From a virus, in the IMG/VR virus record IMGVR_UViG_3300025133_000049, positions 30,788-94,787 of that record: a stretch of DNA of 64,000 bases. One strand, given 5' to 3'. The notes under the pieces were generated by a model. That model was given only the letters and a program-made list of their open reading frames with translations, searched no databases and was not told the origin of the DNA. The translations under genes were made by a program, and so were the position numbers. Each line of letters starts with the position of its first letter. Within the stretch, counting starts at the first letter, position 1. Below, piece after piece: positions 28,939 to 41,100 of this stretch.

Positions 28939-31900
28939 ATGGCCATAGATCAAGATGCTACTAAAGATTTAAAGATGATTAACCCGGAACCGTCTCCAAG
29001 TGATTCGGCTTTTGAGGCCATGTTTGATTCAGCAAAGAGAACAGGAAGTTCTAGACCTGTTCCTACAAGTGCAGCCGCACAACAGAAAGCTATTAAAGGA
29101 ATGCAAGCAGATATCTTCTTTGATCAATCAGTTCAAGAGGGTAGTAGAGATCAGAAGCTAGATAAGTATGCTTCTTCTTTCGAAGATAAGAATGCAACCC
29201 GAGCTAGAAACCAAAATGAAGCTATCAAAGGTATCAAAGCTATTGGTGGAGGTTTAATTCAGGGTGGGCTTATCGTAGGTGAGCAGTTAGGTTATGTAGC
29301 AGATCTAAAGAATACTGCCAAGATGTTCAGTGATGCTGAAGATATGTCAGGTAACTGGTGGTCTAACATGTTTAGAGATGCTCAAGATAGTTTGAGAGAA
29401 TCTGATACGTTTAAAATTTACGAGAGTGGTACTGACGAGAACAGTATCCTATCTCAGATATTCAAGTGGAGTTCATTAGAGGGAGCTATCTCGTCCGCCG
29501 TAGGATTCGGTGTATCAGGATTAGGGGCAGCTTCCGTTGTTTCTAAGCTAGGTGCTTTAAAACAATTTGGTAAATTAGCGGCTATGACTGATAAGGTCAT
29601 GGGTAATGTTGCAGCTCGAGGTTTAACTGGGGTCAAAGCAGCTAAGGCTATGCAAGGTGCTGTAGGATCAACAAGAGCGTTTACAGGTCCTCTAGCATCT
29701 TCAGCTATGTCTAACTTCTATATGGGTCAGTTAATGGCTACAGATACATACACTCAATCAATGGATGCCATTAGAGGTAAGATTGATTCAGGTGAGATAT
29801 CTGAATTAGATGCTCAGAAGATAGCAAATGAAAATGCAAAGAATGTAGTTGGATTGAACATGGCTTTGGCCACTACTTCTTTCCTACGATTTGGTAGTAT
29901 ATTTAAAAGAGGTGGTAGACTAAAAGGATTGGTAAAGGATCCTACTGCAATGGCGCAGTTAAAAGATATGGTTATCAAAGGTTCTCCTACAGCATTCGGA
30001 GAAAACGTTTACCAGGAGATGATTCAAATGGAACAGATCTACAAGACTTCATTAGAAGCCGGCGTAGCATCTAAGTATGGTTCTGGTTATTGGGATAGAA
30101 TGACTCAACTAGCTTTATCTAATCGAGCAATGCATGCAGGTGCTCTAGGTGTAGTAGGTGGGCCTATCCAATTTGCTATTATCCAAAAGCCTTTGATGAG
30201 AGAACAGCACAAACAACAAAAAGAAACGTTTGACAATCAACAAGCCTCCCGGAAGTATCACGCTACTATGGTAGAGAATTTAGTTAAAGGTGATATGACT
30301 GCTTTCATGGAGTTCGACAAAGCTAGAAACGAAGCCATCATTGCTGGTGACTTTGAAGCAGCTGCTCTTGCAGAAGATATGGGATTGATTCGTGAAGTAG
30401 TTAAGTCAAATGAATGGGGAACAATAGATTACCTAAGACGAGATATAGAAAATGAATTAAAGCACAAAGAAACTCCAGAGGGATACGATGCTAACTATAA
30501 AGAAAATGGACAGAGAGCATTAGAGATGTTGGACAAGGTTGAAAGTTATAACTATGCATATAGTCAGTTTGAAACTAAGTCAGATTTAATCTATACAAAT
30601 TTAGCGATAGATGCATTGAACTCGAAGAGAGTAGAGAACAATCAGAAACTTGTAGCCTCTGCGCAACAGGTTCAAGCCATGGCTGTACTAGAAGGTGTTG
30701 AAGTTAACTTCGATACTGACACAGGTAGGTTTACAAAAGTAAAGAGAGATAAGAATAGATTCGAAGGGTTATCAACTAAAGAAGCAGTAGCTCAAAGAAA
30801 CCTCGAGAAGACTCAGGACAAAGCTTATGACAAGTTCATGGAGAAGGCTGAGGATATAACCGGATACAAAGATGCAATCAAATCTGATGTTAAGTATACA
30901 AACTTAGGTCAGAAGTTATTAGATAAGTATTCTTATTTAAAAAGTGATAAGGCTCAAGAGAAGGCCCTCAAGATGAAGAAGGATCAGTATGATAATGCTA
31001 AAGAGAATATCAAAAAAGCTGACGCTGAAGATAAAGCTGCAGCTACTGAAAAGAAAAACTCAGGCTTAACTCCTTTCTCAGTTGTTAAAGCAAGAGCTAA
31101 TAAAGAAACTGCTGAAGAGAAGGCGGTTAGAACTAAAGCTTGGGATGCTGAGGTGCAAGGTGTTAACACTCCTAGAGAGGGAAACACATTTACATCTAGA
31201 GATCAACAAGGTGTATCTAGACTTTATAGTAAGGGGGATATGTTGAGATCTAATGATGGTAGATATTTTAAAGTAGATACTCAAGCCGGCGCTGCTAAGA
31301 ATGCTAACCTAGCATCTTATGCTATGCCATTGGTATATGAAGTTACAGCTGAAGGTAAGAAACCTGGAGGTAAAGAGGATAGATGGATTAGATTTATTCC
31401 AGAAGATAATACATTCTTCAGACCAGAGGTTAAACAAGCTCATTATAATAGCAAAACTAAATCTTGGTATCATAAAGGTAACACACCTTTTGCCCCTTAC
31501 GTAGATGTTGACTCAGCTTTTAAACCAAACAATGAGTTAGCTCAGGAAGCTAGAAGACAAAAAGCTGCAGATGGTATTGCTTTAAGTGTAAATAATTTTG
31601 AGTTAGAAGCTAACCAACCAGGTGAGGGTCAACAAATTGTTGAAACAGAAATGGCTGCGGAGTATGACTTGAAGTCTTTGAACAATCCGTTGTTCCCAGG
31701 TGAATCCTATGAAGTTACTTTTAAATTAAATAAGCAACCTAATGGACAAACATTTGTTGATGTTTATAGAGGAGATAGTAAACTTACAAGATTAGATAGA
31801 CACTCTAACTTAAATCATCAAGTGATAGCACAAGCTTTACTTAAAGGTGAAGTTGCGGGATCTGTTATAGGTCACTACAGTAGTTCTAACAATCTGGTTA

Positions 31901-34900
31901 AACTTAGAAATGAAGATGGTACTTTTGTACAAAGTAGTATAGCTGAACTATCTAAAATGGATTCTAAGTATCTAGTTAACGGTAAGGTTCACTTTGCTAT
32001 CAACCCAGGAGAGTATGCTCAGAAAGAACCTGTAACGATGGCAGAAGATGGTACTATCATTACAGATAACAGAATAGAGCATACAGATGCAGATGGCGTT
32101 AAACATTCATTGAGCATTCCATATAGTTCTATGAAAAGTCCTGGAGATACTTACATGTTAATCATAGGGCCAGGTGGTCATATTATTCCTATAGCAACTA
32201 GAGGTAAGAAGCTAGCTGAGCTTGATAGTATGTCAGGAGAAGGAACTAGAGCTGATGATATAGTTAAAGAGGTTGCCCAGGTAACAGAAGAATTCATCAC
32301 AGAGGATATGTTAGAAGGTATGTCTGAATCTGAGTTCGATACAAACCTCAGAGCTACAATAGCTGTATCAAATAAATCTAGTCATGAACAAGCTCAAGAA
32401 TTTAGAAATCAAAAGATAGCTAAGCTTGATGAGCATTGGAGAGATTTCTCTAAGAAGATGGAGGAAACCATTTATCAAACAATTAAAAAGGACGGACGTA
32501 AGTGGAACTCTATAGGAACTACTCAGTCTGGTGAAAACATTTATCAAGCTACAGAATCCGGAACTAGAATTGTTAATCCTAACATGTTTAAGATTGGATT
32601 GTATGTAGATGAAAATGGAAAGTTCACTCCACAAATTCAAGAAGGAACTGGAACTACTAAAGTAAACTATACAAACCTATCTGAATCTGCTACTGAATTT
32701 ACATTAGCATTAGGAGATCGATTTGATAAAATAAGTTATGACAGATTCCTAGATTCGGGAGATGCTGCTACAAACAAAACTAATGCGGAGTATATATTAA
32801 ATGAATCCGGATTATCTACTGATTTAAATATCAGAAGACCTTTTGCTGGATCCTCAGCCACTATTAAAGTAGATGGTATGGATATAGCTGTTGAAGGAGC
32901 TGCAGTAGCAGACAAACATTTCACTAAGCATGACAGAGGTTCTATCGAAGCTATAACTAAACCTGCAGACGAAGCATTTAAGAAATCAACTATCGAAGAA
33001 CTAGATACATTTACTTCTTTCGAATCTACAGATGCTGACAGTATTGGTCAGTTGATGGGTGAAGAAGCTGGAGATGCTATATCTCATGTACTAGCATTCC
33101 TTGGAGATCTTGGGTTAGCTAACATGCCTAAAGTCAATAAAGAATTTAAAGACTTTATCAATAAAGAAGTTGAGGTAACTGAATATCAAGACAGTTTAAA
33201 ATATGCTGAGGCCGCTGGTTTCAAAGGGGAGAATGCAGTAATGGCCGCTAAGGTTCATTCATTTCTTACAAACTTAACTGTAGATATTAAAAATAACAAA
33301 CAAGCTTTATTCACAAAGGCTAATCAAAGCATGAGTGAAAAAGAAATTCAATTAGAGAACCATACTTTCAAAAGAGGAGCTCAAGTTTATTCTAAGAAAC
33401 ACGGGAAAGGTACTATTACCAAAACTGTGAAGAATGGTTATTACTTCATGAAGAACTACAAAGGTGATACTAAGAAAGTTTGGGCCGCTGATGTTGTTAC
33501 TTTAGATAGTAAGTACACTGAATTATTTAAAGCTCAAAGAAAACTTGCTAAGATGGATCCAGCAGATACTGGATATAAAACCACTAAAGCAACTGTAACT
33601 AGATTGGAAGCTAAGTATCTTAAACACTCAGCTGTTCCTTCTAATGAAACTGTTAATGATGGACCTAAAGTTACAGCTACTCCTGCAGTTAGTACTAAAA
33701 AGTGGACTACTGGAAGCACCAGTTTAACTATTACAGATGCTCATGATAGAGTTGCTACAGTTATGGCTACCTATGGTGGAATATCTGCAAAAGGTAATGA
33801 ACTAGCTGCTCAAAAGAAAGCCAATGGAGAGAAGCTTGGGTTGACTAGGGATGAAGCTACAAACTTCCATAAGTTATTGGAAGATAATATAATATTCACT
33901 GAAGCTGAATTATTAGATCTAAAAAGAAAAGCTGCTGACTTAGGAGCTAAACACGGCAATGAGGTTCTAGCTAATCAATCTGAGAACTTCATAGCTCTAA
34001 ATGAGATCTATAAAAATATCAAAGCTAACACTGATATGACAAAAGCTTATCCTACTTTACAAGTAGCTAAGGTAAACAAAAGAGGTGTTACAACTAAACT
34101 GAATTATGCTCCTATCTCAATGCTTAACACAGGGTTACCTGAGATGGGATCTACAAAATCTATTACATCTCCGTTTAGTGCTGGAGAACTTGGTGGATCA
34201 TTCAAAGCGGTTACTACAGCTATGCAGAATGTTTTAAAAACTATGGAAGCAATGGAAGCTCTAGAAGCTACCGACGGAGTTGTAACTCCAGCTGAAGTAG
34301 CTCCTTCTGTAGAAACTAAGACAGCACCTGCTGAAGCGCCTGGTAAAAAGATAACTATAGAAACTACACCTAAAGCAGATTCAGTTGCTGATGTATTTAA
34401 ATCAAAAGGATTAAGTCCTGCCTTAGCAGAACAAGTTACTCAGTTAACAGATAATCAACAGTTTGAGTTAAAACAAGCTATGGATTTATTTGAAGGTATG
34501 GAACAACCACTGCCATCTACATTAGAAGAAATTATGGAAGGACCTAAGTTCAAATCTGGGGATGCTGTTACATTAAGTAAAGCAGACTTCCACGCGGAGG
34601 TAGTAGCGGCTAAAGCTATGCTACCACAAGTTCCGTTTAAAGTTGTAGAGAATGTTGTAGCAATGGTAAATAAATATGGTACCAAAGCAATTGGGGCTTA
34701 TCACCAAGGTGTTGTAACTTTAGTTGAAGGTGCTAGAAAAGGTACAGCTTATCATGAAGTATTTCATGGTGTAGCAGATCTTCAATTACGTCCATTCGAA
34801 AAGCAAGCAATTGCTGAGGAGATGGGTTATCAAAAATGGAACTTAGAGTTAGAAGAGAGGTTAGCTGATATGTTTGCCGAGTATGTGGTAAATCATCAGG

Positions 34901-35172
34901 ATACTTCAATAGTAGGTAAGGTTAAACGGTTCTTCCAAGGTTTACTGGATTGGTTTAATGGAACTAGAACTCCTGAACTAACTAGACAGATATTTGAAAA
35001 GACCGCCACAGGTGGGTACGCTTCTTCTACTAGTCTCAATTATTTATCTAATATTGAGAATCATGTAAGAAAGTTTAGTACGATGGATGCCTTTCAAAAT
35101 TCGCTATCTCAAAAAGAATCAGTAACTTTACGGAATCTTATGAACAACAAAAGAATTAAAATAGTTTGCTAA
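28939..35172 (+). CDS. giant virion cargo protein with N-terminal hydrophobic helices and C-terminal zincin metallopeptidase
   Basis: HEVFH (34753-34767) plus downstream EERLAD zincin motif; 2077 aa; directly upstream of the RNAP. Confidence 0.85.
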   Translation: MAIDQDATKDLKMINPEPSPSDSAFEAMFDSAKRTGSSRPVPTSAAAQQKAIKGMQADIFFDQSVQEGSRDQKLDKYASSFEDKNATRARNQNEAIKGIKAIGGGLIQGGLIVGEQLGYVADLKNTAKMFSDAEDMSGNWWSNMFRDAQDSLRESDTFKIYESGTDENSILSQIFKWSSLEGAISSAVGFGVSGLGAASVVSKLGALKQFGKLAAMTDKVMGNVAARGLTGVKAAKAMQGAVGSTRAFTGPLASSAMSNFYMGQLMATDTYTQSMDAIRGKIDSGEISELDAQKIANENAKNVVGLNMALATTSFLRFGSIFKRGGRLKGLVKDPTAMAQLKDMVIKGSPTAFGENVYQEMIQMEQIYKTSLEAGVASKYGSGYWDRMTQLALSNRAMHAGALGVVGGPIQFAIIQKPLMREQHKQQKETFDNQQASRKYHATMVENLVKGDMTAFMEFDKARNEAIIAGDFEAAALAEDMGLIREVVKSNEWGTIDYLRRDIENELKHKETPEGYDANYKENGQRALEMLDKVESYNYAYSQFETKSDLIYTNLAIDALNSKRVENNQKLVASAQQVQAMAVLEGVEVNFDTDTGRFTKVKRDKNRFEGLSTKEAVAQRNLEKTQDKAYDKFMEKAEDITGYKDAIKSDVKYTNLGQKLLDKYSYLKSDKAQEKALKMKKDQYDNAKENIKKADAEDKAAATEKKNSGLTPFSVVKARANKETAEEKAVRTKAWDAEVQGVNTPREGNTFTSRDQQGVSRLYSKGDMLRSNDGRYFKVDTQAGAAKNANLASYAMPLVYEVTAEGKKPGGKEDRWIRFIPEDNTFFRPEVKQAHYNSKTKSWYHKGNTPFAPYVDVDSAFKPNNELAQEARRQKAADGIALSVNNFELEANQPGEGQQIVETEMAAEYDLKSLNNPLFPGESYEVTFKLNKQPNGQTFVDVYRGDSKLTRLDRHSNLNHQVIAQALLKGEVAGSVIGHYSSSNNLVKLRNEDGTFVQSSIAELSKMDSKYLVNGKVHFAINPGEYAQKEPVTMAEDGTIITDNRIEHTDADGVKHSLSIPYSSMKSPGDTYMLIIGPGGHIIPIATRGKKLAELDSMSGEGTRADDIVKEVAQVTEEFITEDMLEGMSESEFDTNLRATIAVSNKSSHEQAQEFRNQKIAKLDEHWRDFSKKMEETIYQTIKKDGRKWNSIGTTQSGENIYQATESGTRIVNPNMFKIGLYVDENGKFTPQIQEGTGTTKVNYTNLSESATEFTLALGDRFDKISYDRFLDSGDAATNKTNAEYILNESGLSTDLNIRRPFAGSSATIKVDGMDIAVEGAAVADKHFTKHDRGSIEAITKPADEAFKKSTIEELDTFTSFESTDADSIGQLMGEEAGDAISHVLAFLGDLGLANMPKVNKEFKDFINKEVEVTEYQDSLKYAEAAGFKGENAVMAAKVHSFLTNLTVDIKNNKQALFTKANQSMSEKEIQLENHTFKRGAQVYSKKHGKGTITKTVKNGYYFMKNYKGDTKKVWAADVVTLDSKYTELFKAQRKLAKMDPADTGYKTTKATVTRLEAKYLKHSAVPSNETVNDGPKVTATPAVSTKKWTTGSTSLTITDAHDRVATVMATYGGISAKGNELAAQKKANGEKLGLTRDEATNFHKLLEDNIIFTEAELLDLKRKAADLGAKHGNEVLANQSENFIALNEIYKNIKANTDMTKAYPTLQVAKVNKRGVTTKLNYAPISMLNTGLPEMGSTKSITSPFSAGELGGSFKAVTTAMQNVLKTMEAMEALEATDGVVTPAEVAPSVETKTAPAEAPGKKITIETTPKADSVADVFKSKGLSPALAEQVTQLTDNQQFELKQAMDLFEGMEQPLPSTLEEIMEGPKFKSGDAVTLSKADFHAEVVAAKAMLPQVPFKVVENVVAMVNKYGTKAIGAYHQGVVTLVEGARKGTAYHEVFHGVADLQLRPFEKQAIAEEMGYQKWNLELEERLADMFAEYVVNHQDTSIVGKVKRFFQGLLDWFNGTRTPELTRQIFEKTATGGYASSTSLNYLSNIENHVRKFSTMDAFQNSLSQKESVTLRNLMNNKRIKIVC

Positions 35173-35173
35173 C

Positions 35174-38100
35174 ATGGCTTGTAAAATAGAAAAAGTATCT
35201 GCAGAGAATGGTAAGGATTCATTATTATATAAAAGTCTAACTGCCAAATACCCGGAATCAATAGCGTTAACCAAGTATATAGATATCATGTCTGAAGCTG
35301 AAGGTAATGCTAAGATATATGGTAAAGATAAAAACGGGGAACCTGTAGCACAAGTTGATGGACCTAAGTTTAAGTTAGCTGAATTTAATTCTTACCAAGA
35401 ACAAATTGACTCAATGGAGTTGATGAGTTCTATGTTAGTTAGTGAATTTGCAAATACATTAAGTATTAAGGACCCATCTAAATTAGCGGGATTTGACTTA
35501 GCTAAACTAGACGGTGATCTAGTGGCTTTATCTGCAGCTGTTGCAAACGTTAGAAATAATTTAAAGCGGATGATGTTCAAAGCTCCTAGAGATGTGCAGG
35601 AGATTTACAAAACTATTATTCTTAATATGCCTCAGTATCTCGAACCTAGAGGCCCTCTTACTAGAAAACTAGCTGAGAGAGGTGTACTAATCAGAGTTAG
35701 AGATGAGTCAGTAACTGATCTTTTAGAACAAGGGTTAGAAGCTGAAAATGGTACAGTTGACTCTGATGTTGTTCGTGTTTCTTATGAGAGAATCTATGAT
35801 ATGGAAACTCTTGAAAGTTCTGCAATGAGATCTATTTCTGAAGAAGTTAAAACTTATATCAGAGGAAAAGAAAAAGTAAATGATAAAGGAGAATCAGAAT
35901 TAAGTTTATTAGGAACTCCAAGGCCAATTGAAGCAGGAGAAGCTATCTCAGATATGTTTACAGTTCTTGCAGGTGTTCAAAATCCTAGTGAAATGTTGGA
36001 AAGATTAGAACAAGCTGTAGGTCTCAAACCTCATCTTATGCCTATCTATTCTGACTTAATGAATGAACAACCTAAGCAGATTAAAGTTAATAATAAAACG
36101 ATAGAATATAAACCTATTACTGCTCAATTGTTTAGTACATTCGCTAAGCAAGATTATAACATGCACTCTGTTGTAGAAAAGATTGGTGGTGGTGTAATGA
36201 TCACTGCAGCTAATGCATACAATACAAGAAACAATCTTAAAAATAGATGGAAACAACAAACTTCTGATATAGCTCAAACTGATCAGACTAGAAATATAAA
36301 TAAATTAAATTCTTATACCAATCGAGCTGATTTAAATAGAAAGCTTAGACAAGGTAACAGTTTAGCATTAAAATCTACAGCTGCTTATATGAGAGCTGCA
36401 GGTTTTCATAATGTTACTCCAGCTATCTTAAAGGATATCGTAGATACATTCAATACAAAATCACAACCACCAGCATTTAAAAATCAAAGTGCGGGAGCTG
36501 TTCTTGTGAACATGCTTAACCTTGTAGCCAAGCCGGCCTTACAAGGAAAGGATATATTTAAAAATGTAGGTGAAACAATGGCTGAGACTAAATACTTAAA
36601 TCTCTTAGCTGAACATTCTACAAAATATGAAACAGATGTAACTGCAGGAGCCTTTAAAAACTCAGCAGGTAAAACTACACACCCTTTAAATAAAGGGTCA
36701 GAAGCTCAAGATATATGGTTAAGATTGAACAGGGATACAAAGTATGCTAATCAGTTCTTAAATGATCCTATGTATGAGAACACTAAAATATTAAATACTT
36801 TATTTAGTAATCCAGAAGGATTAAATGTAACTTCATTCTCTACATTGAGTAATGAAAGTGTAACTAACTCTGGTGTAGCTTTTGGTCAGTTATCTAATTA
36901 TGATGCGATCAATCTTAAACTGAATAGTTACTTCCAAGGTAAAGATTCATTCCATGCATATGGGCCAACACAAGCGGATAGAGGAAATATTAGTGCTTTA
37001 GTTTTACCTAAGATTTCTCAAGATGAAAAGATATTTGATCAGAGTGGTACAGTAATATCACCTGATATTAAAGAGTGGGTTTTCAATCAAGTCAAAGGTG
37101 AACTACAAAGAGTATTAAACACTAAAGATTCCGGCTATAAAAATCATAATAAAAACTCTCAGATGTTTAATTTATTTGAAGGTTTAAATGAGATATTTAA
37201 AGCGGAGGATGTGAACATGTCTAACATCGATCAGTTGGCCACCAGGCTAGCTGTGACAGCAGAACAACATCTTTATGCTGCAATACAAAGCGACATTGCA
37301 TACATGGCTAAGAAGGGAGTTATAGAGCTCGACGTATCTGGTGGAGTTAGATCATATAAATTAACTAATGATGCAATTGTAAGTGATAACGCGCACTCAA
37401 AGGGGAAGATCACCAATAAAGCGCTTAACGAGTTCTTGGTGAATAATTTTATTTACACATACGAACAAACATTATTCTACGCAGGTGACCCTGCTTTCTT
37501 TAAAGGAAAAGTAGATATGAACAAGAGGATGGGATTAGCCTTTACTCCAGGTGAAAAAGTAACAGTAGGTGATGCTACAGGTATAGGACCAACAGCTAAA
37601 ATTAAAATACTTCAGGAAGCTGAGATGAAGTCTGAGATGGCCGAAGTATATAAAGAACTGTTAGGAGAAAAAGCTGGTAAGGCTTTCTTACAAACAGAAG
37701 TAGCCGATGGTGCTGGTTTTGTTAGCTTAGATCGATATGGTGACCTTGCTTTAAGTAGAGGTAAACACTCTATAGCTATGTTAGAGTATATTGATGAGAT
37801 GAGCAGATGGGATCCTAAAAAACCTATGCCATCAACAGAAGCTGTTCTAGAAGTATACAAAGGATTCTATTTTAGATTACATGCAGATGAAACAGGTGTG
37901 AGACCTTTTAACTTAAAGTATTCTACACTCCCAGTATTCCCTGCATTCTTTGAACAAACTAAAGCAGATGGATCACTCAAGTACCCAGGTATGGCTAAGA
38001 TATCACAAGAACTTAGAAGTGGTAGAGCTGATGAAGTTGTAATGGGTTCTGCTGTAAAAGTTGGTGGATCTAATTTTGCAACATTAGAAACTCTAGCTGG

Positions 38101-41100
38101 AACAGAAGCTACAGTAATATACAATGAATCATACAGGTTCCCACAGGATTCTCCAACTAAAGATAAAACTGAAGATAACTTCGGTTCTCAGATGAGAAAA
38201 CTTATAACATCTAATCAAACTCCTGCAGGTAAACTGTCCGTGTTTGGTGAGACTGTTAGTGAAGGAGCTAGTATAGGATCATACAATGATGCTATTACTA
38301 AAATAGTAGGTAATGCTGCGACCAGGTTAAATAAAAGATTCCTCAATGGGGATTCTGCACCGAAAGTTGCTGAGCCTATGACCATGGAGAAAGCTAAGGC
38401 TACTCTTGAGAAAGTTCAAAAGAACACAAAGTTTATTAAACTTGAAGATGATGGTAGTGGGTATGTGAATACTAAAACAGGAAAACGTTACCAAAGAGTT
38501 ACAGAGTTTATATCTACCAAGGAGACTAAGATGAATGATGTCTTAAAATCTGCAGTTAACATCGGTAATAAATTGGATGTATTAACTAGGGATTTCTTTG
38601 ATGGGAACTTAAAAAGTGCAAAGGAATATGATGTTGCAGACTCACATATAGTTAAAGGTTATGTTAACCAACTCAAGGAAGTGAAAGCATTCATGGATAA
38701 GAGAGGTGAGGTGGTGATGGCTAATGATATAGTTTTATATAATGACGAGATAGGTGTTGCTGGTACCGTGGATTTAATCACATATGATAAAGATGGTGAG
38801 GTGAGAATCTACGATATGAAGACTATGAGAGGTAATCAACTTACAGAATCTTATGCCGCAGACCCAACTGTTTCTAAATATGATACTACTGTTTATGGAG
38901 ACTCGAACAGAGAGAAGCATAGAAAACAGTTAAGCATGTATAGAATATTGCTTAATAATACTCATGGGATTAAAGCTAAGGAAACGGCTATTATTCCAAT
39001 TGAGGTTATGTATAAACAAGGGGAAACTAGAACTAGTAGAATGAATCTACTTGATGGTATTCCAGTAAAACCTTTATCTAAAGTAGGGGAAGCTGAATTG
39101 ATTAATCTTGATCCAAATAAAGGGTATCATAAAGGAGAACTTAATACAGCTGAACTTGTTTCTAGTATCCTAGATAGTGCTGAAGCTAGTGGTTTTGTAA
39201 ACTTAGATTACTTCTTAGAAGCATTAACAGTTAAAGATGGTGAACTTACTTTACCTTTAAATTATCCTACGATTAAATTTAAAACAGATAGTTTAATTAA
39301 CTCTGCTTATAAAAAAGGAGCAGGTAGAATTAAATTAGCAGGACACTCTGCAGTACAGGTATCTAGTTTAGGTATGGTGGCCAATAAGGGGGAGTTCTCT
39401 ACAGATAGTGATTTAAAATTTGTTAGATTTTCTAAAAAAGGAAGTAACAAAGAATTGAGTCAACTTGATTCTATGGAGGTTTCCAGGAGAATTAGAGCGG
39501 GAGAAGATGTATCAGGTGAGTTTAAAACATTACCGGCACAAGTTAGAGTTAGCCCTAAGTTCTTCAAGAACAAACTTAAAGAGATTGCTAAAGGTAGAGT
39601 TAATAAAGCGGCCATTGGTGAAGCTTTGACTGGGTATAGAAATCATCTTAAAGAATCTGGATTATCTGAAGCACAGAAACAAAATAAGGTTAAAGCATAT
39701 GAAAGTTTCTTAAACAAAAAAGAAGCAAAGAAAGCTTATGATAAGTTAGCTAAAACTTTAAAAGATGATAAAGGTAATTGGGATGCATCTAAATTAGGAG
39801 AAGTAGCAGACATAGTTCTATACAGAATTCCTACACAAGCAAAGAACTCAATGTTATCGGGTACGATAATTGGTTTCCTTCCAGAAGAGTCTGGGGCGAC
39901 TATCCAAGTGCCATCTGAAATAGTTGACCAAGCCGGATCGGATTTTGATATTGATAAGGTTTATATTGAAACAACTGATTTCAATGTTAGTGAAGGACAA
40001 ATCAAAAGAGTTATGCCAGACTTTAACGAGTATGGTGAATTAGGAGAGAACAGTGACAGACAATTGAAAGCTTATATTCAAGAGTATCATAAAGCTGTTT
40101 TAAGTTCTACAAATCATGTAAGTGAATTAATGACGCCAAACGATACTATTGTCCTCAGTAAACTTGTAGAAGAGTTTAATATGGGTGATGATGTATTCAA
40201 CGGTAACTGGGCATCATTAGCATTACAAGAAACATTTAGATCTAATAACAAAGCAGGTAAGGAAATGATTTCTATTTCATCTGTAGCATCTGTTGCACAT
40301 GCGATAGCAGAACAATTAGGTGTTGAATCTGTAGGCGATATTAAGATAGCAGGTAAAACCTTAGAGTTAGGTTCTATCTTAAATTCTGATGGAACTAGAA
40401 TATCTGATGAGATAGGTGAGATACAAAATGCTGCATTGGATAATGCAAGAGATCCTCTATTAGGTAAATTAAATATTGACGCATTTACAGCATCAGTTGT
40501 TATGTTGTTAGTATCTGCAGGACATGGTTTAAAATATGCAGCCACTGTAGTTAATGATCCTATCATCAGAGATTTAGCTAGTGAATATCAAAAACACACT
40601 AGACATTCATCTCCTAGGATAGCTTATGAAACTGCTGTTGCAAATGTTAAAAAGAGATATGCAATTAGAGGTAAGCTTCCTAAAGTTAAGCTTGCTGATT
40701 ACTCTTTAGAGAATGCTGAGAACAATAGAGTAGATCAATCAGTAGAAGCTAGAAAAGAAGCTTTAGTTGTATTTGACGAGTTAAAGAAAATTGGGGATAA
40801 ATTATCTAAGTTCCAAACATCTTTGAACTTTGATTCTAAAGGAACTCCTTCTACGTCTCACGGTTTAGTATCTAAAGCTGTAGATATTGCAAGTGTACCT
40901 GGAACTTATTTAAATACAATGACATTGAATGGTGTGGGTCCACTAGCTGAGATAGGATTAACTCAAGAAATTAAAGATGCTGATTCTTTATTTAAAGTAG
41001 ATCCGGATTTATATGAAACCTCTCAGATAGGTGCCTTTGAAAAAGGTGTTATCATCGATCCATTAATAGTGAATAGAAAGATTTCAGTAGCTGCTTCTGT

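Noticed and set aside
38350-39135. Intein or intron in the RNAP
   Set aside because: No C/S-start or HN-C/S/T splice motifs, no LAGLIDADG/HNH motif, and the frame is continuous; it is a fused domain.
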